This document shows positions 39,655 through 52,300 of a stretch of DNA of 64,000 nt, piece by piece. The notes under the pieces were generated by a model, which saw nothing but the letters and a program-made list of their open reading frames with translations, was not told the origin of the DNA and made no database searches. The position numbers and the translations under genes were made by a program. The stretch's first letter is position 1. Each line of letters starts with the position of its first letter. The stretch comes from Camelus dromedarius (Eukaryota): NCBI RefSeq assembly GCF_036321535.1, contig NC_087436.1:434001-498000 (forward strand), written 5' to 3'.

Positions 39655-41100
39655 ATTTAAAAATACTTTCATTGAAGTCTAGTCAGTTTATAATGTTGTG
39701 TCAGTTTCTTGTGTACAGCACAACAATTCAGTTAAATAGGAACATACCTGTATTCATTTTCATATTCTTTTAAACATAAGTTACTATAAGATATTAAATA
39801 TATTCTCCTGTGCTATACAGTATAAACTTGCGGTTTATTCTATACATACTCAGTATCTGCAAATCTTGAACTATCAATATATTCCTTCCCACACCCTCTC
39901 CTCTCTGGTAACCATAGTTTGGTTTCTATGTCTCTGTGTCTGTTTCTGTTTTGTAGATAAGTTTATCTTTTTGTGTCTTTGATTTTTGATTTTTTTTTTT
40001 AAGATTCCACATGTGAGCGATCTCATATGGTATTTTTCTTTATCTTTCTGGCTTACTTTTCTTTGAATGACATTCTCCAGGTCCATTCATGTTGCTGCAA
40101 ATGGCATTACTTTATTATTATTTTATGGCTGAATAGTAGTCTATTGGAGAAATATACTACAGTCTCTTTATCCAGTCATCTTTCAGTGGACATTTAGGTT
40201 GTTTCCATGTCTTGCTATTGTAAATAGTGCTGCTGTGAACATTGGGGTAAAAGTGTCTTTTTGAGTTAGGGTTCCTTCTGGATATATGTCCAGGAGTGGG
40301 ATTGCTGGGTCATATGGGAGGTCAATTTTTTGTCTTTTGAGGAACCTCTATACAGTTTTCCACAATGGCTCCACCAAACTGCATTCCCACCACAGTGCAG
40401 GAGGGTTCCCAATTCTCCGTAGCCTCTCCAGCATTTACTGTCTGTGAACTTCTGAATGATGGCTATTCGGACTGGTGAGAGTTGAGTCTTGATTGCAGTT
40501 TTGATTTGCATTTCTCTGATAATGATATTGAGCATTTTTTTCATGTGCCTATTGGCCATTTGTATGTCTTCATTGGAGAAAAGTTTCTTTAGGACTTCTG
40601 CCCATTTTTGAATTGAATTGTTTGTTTTTCTTTCTTATTAAGTGTAAAAGCTGTTTACATATTCTGGGAATTAAGCCCTTGTCAGTTTCATTTATTGCAA
40701 CTATTTTCTCTCATTCCATAGATTGTCTTTTTGTTTTGCTTTTTGTTTCCTTTTCTGTGCAAAAGCTTGTAAGTTTAATTAGATCCTACTTGTATTATTT
40801 TGCTTGAATTTCTATTGCTTGAGTAGACTGCTCTAGGAAAACATTGTTGAGATGTATGTCAGATGTTTTGCCTATGTTTTCTTCTAAGAGGTTTATAGTG
40901 TCTTGTCTACATGTTTAAGTCTTTAAGCCATTTTAATTTATTTTTGTGTATGCTGTGAGGGAGTGGCCTAACTTCATTGATTTACATTCAGCTGTCCACT
41001 TTTCCCTACACCATTTTCTGAAGAGGCTGTCTACTCCAATGTATGTTCTCACCTCCTTTGTCAAAGATTTAATGACCAAAAGTTTGTGGGACTATTCTTG
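39655..41100 (-). mobile_element. Younger 5'-truncated lineage-specific L1
   Basis: ORF 40266..40559 ([33 protein letters not shown]) and ORF 39874..40086 (MDLENVI..VSQKDKEKYHM) are the L1 ORF2 C-terminus. Confidence 0.92.
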
Positions 41101-41227
41101 GTAATTTTGTTTATCCGTTCATTGATGGATGGATATTGTTTGTAACCTTTGGCTACTCTGAATGAGACTGCCATGAATATTGATGTGCAAGTTTTTGTGA
41201 GAATATATTTTCATTCTGTTGGCTGTA

Positions 41228-41367
41228 CAGTTGGCCCGCCATTTCTGTAGTTTCCACTTCATGGATCCAGATGGCTGATTGTAAAGGGACTCGAACATCC
41301 TTGGATTATGGTATCCAGGGTGGGGGTTTCCTGAAACAAACCCCCCGAGGATACTGAGGGATGACTC
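41228..41367 (-). mobile_element. MER2-like Tigger MITE, internally deleted (140 bp)
   Basis: ta|cagttggccc...gatactgagggatgactc|ta shows imperfect terminal inverted repeats and a TA target duplication. Confidence 0.8.
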
Positions 41368-41784
41368 TATATCTAGGAGTGGAATTGCTGTGCCATATAA
41401 TTCTAACCTTTTGAGGAAACACCAGGCTTTTCCAAAGAAGCTGCACCATTGCCCCTTTCCAATGGCTGCGTATTGAGGGTTCCCATTTCTCTGCCTCCTG
41501 ACCGACACTTGTTATTGTCCATGTTTTGATTATAACCATCCTAGTGAGTGTAAAATCAGATATCATTTTGATGTTGATTTCGCTAGTGATGCTGAGCATC
41601 TTTTCATATGCTTATTGGCCAATTGTGTATCTATTTAAATACTTGGCATAATTAAAAATTGGGTCGATTTTCTTTGTATTGGTCAGTTGTAAGCATTTGT
41701 TTTATATCCTGGATACTAGTCTCTTATTAGATATATGCTTTGCAAAATTTTTCTCCTATTCTGCAGATTGTCGTTTCACTTTAG

Positions 41785-41893
41785 TTTTTTTAAACATTAA
41801 AACAATTTCTTTCTAGGGGAGGTAATTAGATTTATTCATTTTATTTTTCTTGCTAAGCACGCACTCTATCACTTGAGCTACACCCTTCCCCTT
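41785..41893 (-). mobile_element. Partial tRNA-derived SINE
   Basis: ggggaggtaattagatttatt..gctaagcacgcactctatcacttgagctacaccc. Confidence 0.75.
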
Positions 41894-44800
41894 TCATTTC
41901 ACTTTCTTGATGATGTCCTTTGTAACAAATGGTTTTAAATTTGATGAAGTGAATTTTATCTTTCTTTTTTTTCACTTGTGCTCTTGGTATTGTATCTAGG
42001 AAGCCATAGCATATCCTTGAACCACAAAGATTTAAACTATGTCTTCTTTTAGAATGTTTATACATTTAGTTTTTACGTTTCCGTCTGTGATCCATTTTGA
42101 ATTAATATTTTATTTGTTATATAAAATACGGGGGTCCAGATTCCAGATTCATTCTTTTGCCTTCAGATACCCAGGTGTCTCTGCACCATTTGTTGAATAG
42201 ACTATTCTTTCAATGGAGTTTTGTTGGCACATTTCTGGAAAAATGACTGTAAATGTAAGTTTCCCCCCTGGATTTTTTATTGTTTCTCATAGATTTATGC
42301 ATCCAAACTTATGCCAGTACCATAATGACTTGAGTACTATAGATTTGTAGTAACCTTTGAGTGAGTCCTCCAACTTTGCTCTTCTTTTTCAAGATTGTTT
42401 TGGCTGACCTGGGTCCCTTGCACTTCCATATGAATTTTGGCATCAGTTCTTCAATTTTTGCAAAGAAGTCAGCTGGAATTTTGATAGGGATTCCATTAAA
42501 TTTGTAGATCACTTTCGGGAGTCTTAACATTTTTAAAAATATTGTCTACCATTCCATGAACATGGGATGCCTTCCATATATGTAGATGTTTTAATTTTTT
42601 TTTGGTGATACTTCAAAATGTTCAATGTGCAAATCTTGTAAAATTTTCTTAAATGTATCTCTCATTTTATTTTTAATGCTGTTGTAGTTGGAAAGGCTGA
42701 GCTTCCTAAGGGTGGGACTATATATCAATTTATTTATTTCTAGGATTCCTACACAGCAAATACCCTAGATTTATATTTGCTACATAAATCTATCCACAAT
42801 TCTTCCCACCCCCGTGTCATAAGAAACCAAGACCCAGGTTAAGCTACCTGAACACTTATGTGGAAGTGAGAAGTGAGACCCTTGGGTGGGGCTTTGTGCA
42901 GATTATACTGAAAGCTTATTCATTATGGCTTCATCTTAATTTCTTTTAAACAATCCTTTCAGTGTATATAGTCAGATACATTAAGAAAATGCCCTTTCGA
43001 TGTGTGGAGGAGCTAAGACTATAATTTTCAAATAATTTCTAGTGAGAGTGTTGTACTTGAAACTAATTTGCATCAATCTTTGAAGATTTATGTTTCAGGA
43101 GCTTTGACTATATAATACCTGTCTTTATTCAATAACTACAACTAAATGCTCAAACAACATGTAAGAGTTTGAGCAAACTGCCTCCGCCCCGTAGTGCTGG
43201 TTGGCTGCAGCTGTAACTGGAGTCAAGTCTTACCTATCCCAGTACGCTTGGGTGGATCTGCTCAAAGGGGTTCGTCCAATAGTTTGTCGGTAGTCTTTTG
43301 GACAAAGCCATAAAGCATTGATTTAAGGTTGCTGGAATGGAATCTATTTTATTAATATTAAGTAAGCACATATTGAGTGCTTACTGTATGTTGGGAATTG
43401 TCCCTCAGCCTCACATGAATATTATTCCGCTTAAAACCTCTCATATTTCCTTGTTATTCACACTTTACAGATAAGGAGTCTGAGTATTAGGTTTTCTCTC
43501 TTTTGGGGGAGCTCATTATCAATGATGGGAAGTTGTAAGGAAAAAGATACTGATTCATCCAGAGAAAACATTTTTCTGAGAGTCAGCACTGAAGAGGTTG
43601 ATCATTGTTTGAGTAAGACGAGCCCCGGGTTGTACGGAGTCAGCATCCCTGTCCTGGACACGGCACGTGTAGCACTGCGTGGTGGGTGAGGCGGCGCGGC
43701 CGCGCAGGGAACGCGGATGCCGGGCCGTTGGGCTGTGCTCAGGCCCGGTGGGGCTTTCTCCTAAGGGAAGTGGAACGTCATTGTCAGAATTTAAGTAGGG
43801 GAGAGGGGTGCTCTCGTAGATCACTTTTGTCTTGTAGAATGCTTAGAAACATTTAGAAGGCTCGGCAGGAGGTGATGTGATAAGTCAGAGTAGGGTGGCT
43901 ATGAGGTGTAGCAGTGTTCAATTTTCAAATGGTTTTCAGTCCCAGGTTTGTGGCTCAGTAGCCGTGTCACTTTGGATGACGCACTCAAGGAAGTGAAACA
44001 ATTAATCTTATTACTTGAAGCAGTGATATACCGACTTCCCAGGACTTCTGTGGAGATCCAGTGAGATAACGTGTGCACAATGTGCAGCGTGGTCCCCAGC
44101 ACACAGTCAGTGCTGAGGGAGTGCCAGTGAGAACTTTGTAGGTGAGGTGTGGGTGTTGTGACTCATTGACTGAGGAAATTGGGCCCTGAAGGAGGGGTCC
44201 AGTCACATCTGTGAGTGATGGGACTGAGCTGGGAGAGGCAGAGGGTGGAGTTGGTGGTGCCCTTGAAACATCTAAGTGCAGTGCCACAATCACAGAGGAG
44301 GTCTAGGCCCGGGCTGTGCATTTTCCTATAATCTCAATCCCTGAGGACGCCGAGGTATTGATCATTGAACGTGAAGACATACTTACAGGACAAGTGAATA
44401 GTAGTATCATCTCTGTCATCAAAGCTCACGTCTCTTTATTCATCACTCACTTTGCTAATTGGGTACTTACAGAGCTCAATTCACCATCCTCACCTGGGCT
44501 CAGGCTCCACAGAAAAGATCTTGTGAGTCTCCCTCTTTTCCAGAAGAAAACACATTTAGCTGGTAGACTTCTGTACTTCGCCAGACTTAGAATTTTAGTT
44601 TGTTGATTTAATTCTGTTTTCTGTTGGCCGTCTCCTGACAGGAGAGACATTTTACCTCATGGTCAGGTTTCAATTAGCTGTTACTGAGAACTGCTGATCT
44701 GATCCATAGTGTATTTTTTCTATTAACTTTGTAGAGTACTTATCATTTTTCTGTCTTTGCCCTTTAATTTTGTTTCCTCTTCAATGTTCTATCCTATTTG

Positions 44801-47800
44801 GGGCCTTATTTTATTTTTTAATTAAAAAATGTCTGTTAGCAGTTAAGAAAACAAAAGCAAATAAAAAATGCACATGATAGCTAGATTTAGAATATATCTA
44901 GTGTGTTTTCTGTCTCGGCAATGGAGGGTTCTAGAAACTCTTGAAAACCTTCATTACATAAGTTCCTTAAAATGCTGATTAAGAAATAAGACCTTCCTTC
45001 CTCATCTTTCAAGCTGCACAGCTAATTGTCAAGAAAGTGAGGGGAAATCCTCAGAAGCCAAGTCAACCAGAAAGCAGGGATTCTGGGAGATACACGAGCC
45101 TTAGAAGCCCTGGGGGCCATTTGGCTCCTGAACTGAGTTTCAGTTGCCTTGACAGGAGGGCAGGAGTTGAGCCCCAGGCCTCTCACACTGGGAGTTGGAT
45201 GGCTGTTCTTATGTAAGGCCAAGCACATCCTGAGAATCCTGCTTTATAAAAGGGTGAATTAGAAAGAAAAGTAAAAAAGCATTCCTCAAGGCAAGGAAGT
45301 AAGGAAAGTCAATTTTTTTGGAAGCGGGGAAAAATAACATATCCAATGTAAGTATTTAGTTTAAATCTGTTCTGGCATGAGACTGACAACAAACTCCTGG
45401 CAGAAAATCACAGCTCCTCCTGGAAAGAGAAGTTGTGTTTTGAATGAATCAGTGGGCATCCATTTAGAAAAATGTCTCCAGAGTCTTCTGGATCAAGATA
45501 CTGGACCCAAACACCTCCCTTCCATGGTCTCATTTAAATAACCAGAAAGGTTTTAAAGGAAAGAAGCCATAATCATAGTTCTATTTATTGACATTAATAT
45601 ATGCTAGGAATTCAGATGTGACTATGGAGTTGTCACCTCTTTTATGGACCTTACTTTCTATTTGACATAGTTGGGGAACTTGGTGGAGGGTGGTGTTAGA
45701 CTGTTGCAATTAGCCAGGACAGGAGATTAAGAAAGCAGTGAAGGGCGGGTGACATTTTTAGCTGAGGACAGTCCTGTTCAGTTGGTTTGTAATTGCAGGC
45801 TCGTTGAGTTGTCACTGGAGGGAATTGATCTTATGGAGTTTGGACTTAACTCAGGCCTCTTCAGAATGGACAAGTGAACCTGGAGAAAGACAGTCAAATC
45901 TGTGCAGACATTAAAGTCCACGTGAACGTGCTGTATCCCTGAGCCAAAGATAGGACAAGTAGGCAGCACTTCTTGAGGACAGAGGAGTGGTTTTTAAGGT
46001 TCTCCAAGAATGAAGCCCAGGGAACCGGGATGGCCAGTTGTCAAACTGTGACGTTGCTCTTTGGACGGTGTACCCACCGAGGTTATTGGCCGTTAATAGG
46101 TTTCCATTTCTCTTTAATGCATGACAGGTGATGAGGACGTGGGCATACACTTTTGACACCTTGTCAAAGTGACTGGGTACCTGCCTAGAAGGGCGGGCAC
46201 AGCTACGGCTGCGCCATACATCTTGCCGCCCATCCCGTTCCCCGGCTCCGTGATCACGGCAGAGTGGTTCCTTGTTGAGCTGTCCGTCTCCTCTGTGACA
46301 TCGTAACCCAACAAATTACCGGAGCGTATTAGCTAGGCTTTGTTCTTTTCCATCCTTCCCTTCAAATGATGATGACTGATAATGGACCCAGTTACGTTTG
46401 CAGAAGATTTACACGTAGTGCTGTCAATACAAACCTTGTAATCCCCACTGTGTGATCTAGAGAAGAAAGTTACATTCTTTCCAAATTGTTTTGATGCACT
46501 TATGTGGGAAAATGATGTACGTTTGAATATGTATTTCCTCTCTGAATCACCATGGCTACAGATGAATATTTGTAGACATGGAATGAGTTTACTGTATTTG
46601 AACTGTATGGTCCCCTAAATTCTCCCCAGCTTTTTAAAGTCATCACTGGAGTGCTACCTCCACAGTGTCCCAAAGCATCCACCACTGCCTGTTCTTCGGA
46701 CACTGTGAGTTTCCAAGTTGGAGAAGGCTGCTGGCTGTTGAGGCATTCTCTGGCACATCTCTGGCTGGCTGATGTGAGCTTAGCACACAAGACTTGGCAG
46801 ACAGTATCTAACCATGGTCACGTCCATTTCTGGAACACTCATGGAGGATTTTACACCTATGCTAGTGGCATACGTTATTTCTTTTAGTTTTCAAAACAAT
46901 CATAATTAGATTTTATCACCTGTATTAATAAGGAAACTGTCAAAGCGAGTGATGTGCAGACTTTGGACTGGAACACGGGTCTTTCTGATCCCTATCTCTG
47001 TTCCCTCCCCAGCCTATCCTTCCAAATGGCCAGGAGACTCTTCCTCAGTCTTGAGTTTCCCGCTGATGTTACCACTGTCTTTGTTTCTGGAGAGGAAAAC
47101 AAGTCTAAACTTACTTTCCAGTTGGAAATGGAATGGAGAGTTAACGTTGGAAGCCGGGAGAGTCTGTCCTGTGATGAAGCGGTCTCTTAGCCACTTCCAT
47201 GGGGACGTCACGTCACTGTCTGGGCCCCTTGCACAGCCTGTGCACAGGTGATAAGCCAGATGTGCTGAGCAGTCCTACCGGACAGGGAAGTGCTTGGAAA
47301 TGAGTTTGGGTATTTGGTTTCATTACATATGTTCCTGAGGGCCTTGGCCTGGCACTTCAAATGGGACCACTCCCTGTCCCACAGACTCGTGCTCTGGGCC
47401 GGTGCAGACCTAACGTGGCCTCAGCCTGAGGCTCAGGGCCCGTGGTGATGAGGAGCATTTTAGTCCATGGTCTGCCGGAGGCTCTGACACTTCTGGGCCA
47501 TGGGAATTTGTCCAGGATGATAATAAATCCTCCCCGAGATTCAGATTTCCTTGCCTGTGAGCTGGGGTAGTAATAGTTTCTGAAATGATTGTAATGATTC
47601 AGTAACGGGCACAGCGTGTGCTGGCAGGTTGCTTGTGTTTAAGGAGCAGAAGTCGCAGTCACTCTGTCAGCCTCTCACTGTGTGCTCTGTGCTTTGAGAG
47701 GTTGTGTGTTTGGTGAAAGTCCCGCCCAAACACTAGGGTGTAGATGAACTGTTGTTCCTTTACTTTCCCGTCCTTTTCCTCTTTCCCTTCTCTGTGTCCC

Positions 47801-48076
47801 ATGTTTAGGTAGCAGATTCCTCTGTTTCAGGGAATACGGAACTTTCTAGTAAAAGGAGAGGCGGAACGCGGAAAGGTGGGGCCCAGAGGGGGTCTGGAGC
47901 ATCCGCACAGCGCTGCTTCCCTGCATTTCTGCATCCGGTCCCATCAGTGCATGAAGTCAGCCTTCCTCTTCCTTCCTGTGTCGTTCGGTCTCTGTTTTAA
48001 GGGAAAATTTTTTACGGGTCTTTTTTCCATTACATGTTTCGTTCAGATGCTTGTTGCTTTTCTCCCTGTGCTTCAG

Positions 48077-48290
48077 CATTCCTAGGAGAGAATTCAGCAG
48101 TGCAGCATCCTCTCCGAGCTCTATGAGTTGATCGGCTTCCACCGCAAGTCCGCCTTCTTCAAGCGGGTGGCCCCCGTGCAGCGCGCGGCCCCCGGCATCC
48201 CGGAGCCTGGCGGGAAGGTCTTCTACCGACTCCTTCTGCAGACGCTTCCTGGCTACAGTCTGTCGCTGGATCTGCAGGACTTCAGCAAAG
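48077..48290 (+). pseudogene. TRAPPC9: TRAPPC9-like exon (exon 8 equivalent), 214 nt, TAG at third codon (48083-48085)
   Basis: cttcag|CATTCCTAGGAG...AGCAAAG|gtgttg. Translates [70 protein letters not shown] (overlaps ORF 48128..48325). Confidence 0.96.
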
Positions 48291-48389
48291 GTGTTGGAAC
48301 TAAAACATTGCTTCAGTCCCATTAACCATGCCTGGTTTGGGCCCTGCTGTCCTGTCTCATCAGGGTGAATTCTGATTCGTTTAGAATAG

Positions 48390-48582
48390 GACTCAGCAGA
48401 CTTTTTCTGTCAAGAGCTTGGGAGTAAATATTTCAGGGTCTGCAAACCTCCTGATCTCTGGTGCAGCTGCTCAGCTCTGCTGTTCAGACGCCAGAGCATC
48501 CGGACATTCCACACACCCACAGAGCTTTATTAACAGCGGTGTCTGGGGCTGGATTCAGTGTATGAACTGCAGTTTGTCCCCA
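48390..48582. mobile_element. MER58-like hAT-Charlie MITE
   Basis: cagcagactttttctgtcaagag..gtaaatatttcaggg..ctgctcagctctgctgtt..ggctggatt..gcagtttg. Confidence 0.7.
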
Positions 48583-48584
48583 CA

Positions 48585-49560
48585 GCCTCCTCACTATTGA
48601 CGCCTGCACCAGAGCATGCATTTGCGACAATGGGTGAACCTGCACTGACACGTCATCATCACCCAGAGCCCAGACTTAACACTAGGATTTACACTTGGTG
48701 GTGTGCACTCTGTGGGTTTGGACATATGTGCAATGACATGTATCCACAGCATCATACAGAGTAGTCTGTCTTAGTGACCTTAAAATGCTCCGTGCTGCAC
48801 CTCATTCATTGCTCCTTCCCCTCTAGCCTCTGACAGCCACTGATCTTTTAGTCTCTGTGGTTTTCCCTTTCCCAGAACACCATACAGTTGGAATCAGACA
48901 GTTGCGGAACCTTCCCAGATTGGCTTCTTTCACTTAGTAATATGCATTTAAGGTTCCTCCATGTCTTTCCATGCCTTGATAACTCATTTCATTTTAGCAC
49001 CAAATAATAGTCCATTTTCTGGCTGGACCACAGTTAATCCATTCACCTACTGAAGAACAGCTTAGTTGCTTCTGAGTTCTGGTGATTATGAATAAAGCTG
49101 CTATTAACATCTGTATGCAGTTTTGTGTGTGGACATAAGTTTCCATTTCGTCGAGTAAACACCAAGGAGCACAGTTGCCGGATCATGTGTTAGGAGTACG
49201 TTTAGTTTTGTAAAAAATTGCCAGACCGTCTTCCAAAGTATCTGGGCCATTTTACATTCCCACCAGCAATGCATGAGAATTCCTTATGCTCCACATCCTC
49301 ACCAGCATTTGGTGCTGTCAGTGTTCAGAGTTTTGGCAGTTCTGACAGGTGTGCAGTGGTACCTCGCTGTTTCAGTCTGCATCCCCTTGATGACAGATGC
49401 TGTGGAGCATCTTTCCATAGACTTCTTTGGCATCTAGATTTTTTCTTTGATGAGATCTGTGTCAGGAATTTTGCTCATTTTTTAATCAGGTTGTTCATCC
49501 TTCTTGTTGAGTTTAAAGAGATTTTGGTATATTCTGGATATCAGCCCTTTATCAATGTGT
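48585..49560 (-). mobile_element. L1MC-type LINE 3' region
   Basis: gaacctgcactgacacgtcatcatcacccagag..ttcacttagtaatatgcatttaaggttcctccatgtctt are L1MC 3' UTR motifs. Confidence 0.85.
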
Positions 49561-51774
49561 CCCTGCCCTTCACCTGCAGCACCGGAGTTGTCCTTTGGGT
49601 CTCAGTGGAGTGTCAGCTCTTCAAAGAGGTTCCCTGTCTTCCCTCAGCCTAAATACTGTCCTTGTATTTTTCACTTTCATTGACTCATTTTGTTCTTTTT
49701 AAATAGCATTTCCCATAATTTGTAATTATATTAAAAAAGAGGGCAATGATTGAACACCACCTCCCCACCAGGCTGTGTGCCCTGTGAGAGCAGAGGCCCT
49801 GTCCCCACTCACCATTTCCCATGACAGCACATGGCACATGTCCATGTAAAAGTGTGTAACGTGGGGCCAAACCTGATGAGCAGCTATGATGACATGTGTT
49901 GGCTACCATTTATTGAGTAGACTTTGTTTCTGATGTAAATTATTAAATCACATGAATTAAACTTGTTTGTTTTGAAAAATAAAACAACAAAGCCCACCTC
50001 CATTTGATTGGTACTTTCTACTTAGCCTTCTGACACAGGAGGGGATGTTCACAATCATTTTCTGGAGGAAGTTGGGGAGGTAAAGTAAGAGAGTGAGATC
50101 AAATAAAGTAAAAATGATAACTATCAGTTGGCTTTATTTTCACTAAGACATAAAAGTTACTTTAAACCCTATCTCAGCTGTTGTTCTGTTGTTTTAAACA
50201 TTTCTCATAGAATTAAATGGAAGCCCACTAAACCCTGAAAGGGAAATTGTGTGCTCAGGTCCTGAAAATTGTTTATGTCTATTTCTTGAAATGCACATTT
50301 TCCCTGCTGGTTAAAGAAATTCGAGGCGGGAACACAGCCGTGCGCTGTGTGTCTGCCGGCTTCACGGGCTGCTCACTGTCATTTTCATTTTCTTGTGTTG
50401 CAGTTTATGAAGGTTTTCCCATGAGATATATTGCTCAGCCTTTTCCTGAATGAAGGATTGAATTTTCCACAGGAAATCTTATGAAAGAGAATGACAAGGC
50501 ACATGGGTTTCCCAAAAAGGAATACTTGATGTAATAAACTCTCACTATGGTGAACCTTTTTTAATACAAGCCAGTTGAAAATTTTATCACTAGGTCATAG
50601 GCCACAAATCTGTCTTAAGAATAAAAAGATTCAAATTTTATAGAAGAAGCAGTTTGAATCAAGTAGAAATTATGATTTGTACACTAGTTGGTGTTAGAAA
50701 TTATACTCAGTCTTATCATAATTGCCTGTGGTAGGAACTGGATTATTATTTATTTATTAAAAAAAAATCCACTAGGTGCTATTTGCCCCATTCTTGATGC
50801 AGCAGTGCTGAGGTTAGTTAAGTTGGGCCATTTAGGATTGTTAGCTAGGTTTTCCGGACATTGATTTCAGCCTCTTTATCTTTTTTACAATCTCTTCTTT
50901 TGTATCGGCCTTTGGTCTTTTGACAACGTGGAAATACTGCACGGATCTGCCTTTCCCTTTTTTCCTGTCTTTGTGGGAAAAGATTTCTGAAAGACAAACT
51001 ACTAGGATATTAAGGATTTTGTGTGGGGTAAGTTTGTTCAGTTCTAAGGATTTCAATTAATACGCATTAATACTTGCTATTCAGCTAATGACAGTAAAAT
51101 TATAAACTAACTTAAGTATACATGAGTAAGTATAGTACAATAAGCCAATCACCCAGATTAAGGAATTCACAAACTTTTCCATATTTCCTTTATTCAGACC
51201 TTTGTTCTTTTATTTGTCCTTTGTTGAAGTATTTGACAGCAAATCCAAGAAGACATGTCATTTTACCCTATGTGCTCAAGTAGGCATGTCTGAAAAATGA
51301 GGGCCTTTTTTTGATCAGGTTTTTCCATTTGACCCATGTGCTCATTAAGTACCAGCTTTATCATGCATCTCACTAGGCATTAGGGATCCTTGGGGCAATG
51401 AGACAGTCCTGGCTCCCAAGGAAGTAAGGACTGATGGAAGAAACCAACACAGGAGCTTGGGTGCCTCACTTAAGGTCCATACTGGATGACACCAATTGGA
51501 CAAAATTTGTGCACAATACAGTAGGATTCACAGAAGGGACTGGTCAGACTTGTAGGGCAGGCCGTGAGAGAGGCGGTCAGCAGGGCTACAAGAGGAGGAC
51601 TCATTTGATCAGAATCTGAAATCCTTTCTGCCAACCTTTCTACCAAGCCCCCAAGGCCATCACAAACAACCCTGTGCTGTAACTGTTTTTGATTCCAGTT
51701 ACCACATCTCCTTCAGGAAGGATTTTAAGGTGGAAAATATTTAAAATCCGTAATTGTTGCCAGAAGGGACATAG

Positions 51775-52300
51775 AACAAGGAACATGTAAACAACACAAA
51801 TGTCCATCAGCACATGACTGGATAAAGACGAGGTGATACATATATACAATGGAATACTACTCAGCCATAAAAGATGCCATTTGCAGCAACATGGATGGAC
51901 CTGAAGACTGTCATTTTAAGTGAAGTGGGGTGGAAAGAGAAAGAAAAATGCCATATGACTTCATTTATGGGGAATCTAAAATTAATAGCAATAATAATAA
52001 GACCACAAATGAACTAAATATTGTTTTGATTTCTTGAATATATGCAAGCACATCTGACCGTCCTTTGTGATTGGATTACCATATTCTGTTTATTCTTTTG
52101 TAGATGTCCTTATTCCTCTGGTAACTAATTTTAAAAATCTAAAGCTCTAATCTGTTCTTATGAAACAATAATTAGTACATATATGTAAACTAAAAAATGC
52201 AGTATGCTCTATACATGTATTTACATGCAATATGTGTATGTGAAGTTGAACTGTAAAAATTCTACCTGATAAAACTGAAAAAGGAAAAAAATAAAAAATT
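51775..52300 (+). mobile_element. L1 3' end with A-rich tail, interrupted at ~52020-52200
   Basis: atacaatggaatactactcagccataaaag..gccatttgcagcaacatggatggacctg..taagtgaagt, with tail aaaaaggaaaaaaataaaaaa. Confidence 0.85.

Larger units (their letters stand above)
39500..42640 (-). mobile_element. Old L1MB-type LINE (ORF2 3' part and UTR) hosting three nested insertions
   Basis: ORF 42309..42530 [54 protein letters not shown] is L1 ORF2. The sequence resumes on either side of each insert. Confidence 0.9.
9484..48290 (+). pseudogene. TRAPPC9: Unprocessed (duplicated) partial TRAPPC9 pseudogene, four exons in native order with introns
   Basis: The four exons translate to consecutive TRAPPC9 peptides (..VLIDP | GALT..LSPED..DK | ..[28 protein letters not shown] | ..[40 protein letters not shown]). 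Most have AG/GT boundaries. Two in-frame TAG stops, indels and one damaged acceptor are present. Confidence 0.93.

Noticed and set aside
3414..41893. tRNA genes
   Set aside because: The tRNA-like segments are degenerate SINE heads with T/A-rich tails and no complete cloverleaf.
9484..48290. Functional TRAPPC9 gene
   Set aside because: Two in-frame stops, indels, a damaged acceptor, many non-conservative substitutions and no following exon.
47957..48322. 121-aa minus-strand ORF
   Set aside because: Shadow ORF opposite the GC-rich TRAPPC9-like exon.
49218..49652. 144-aa ORF, the longest in the window
   Set aside because: Antisense reading of a decayed L1.
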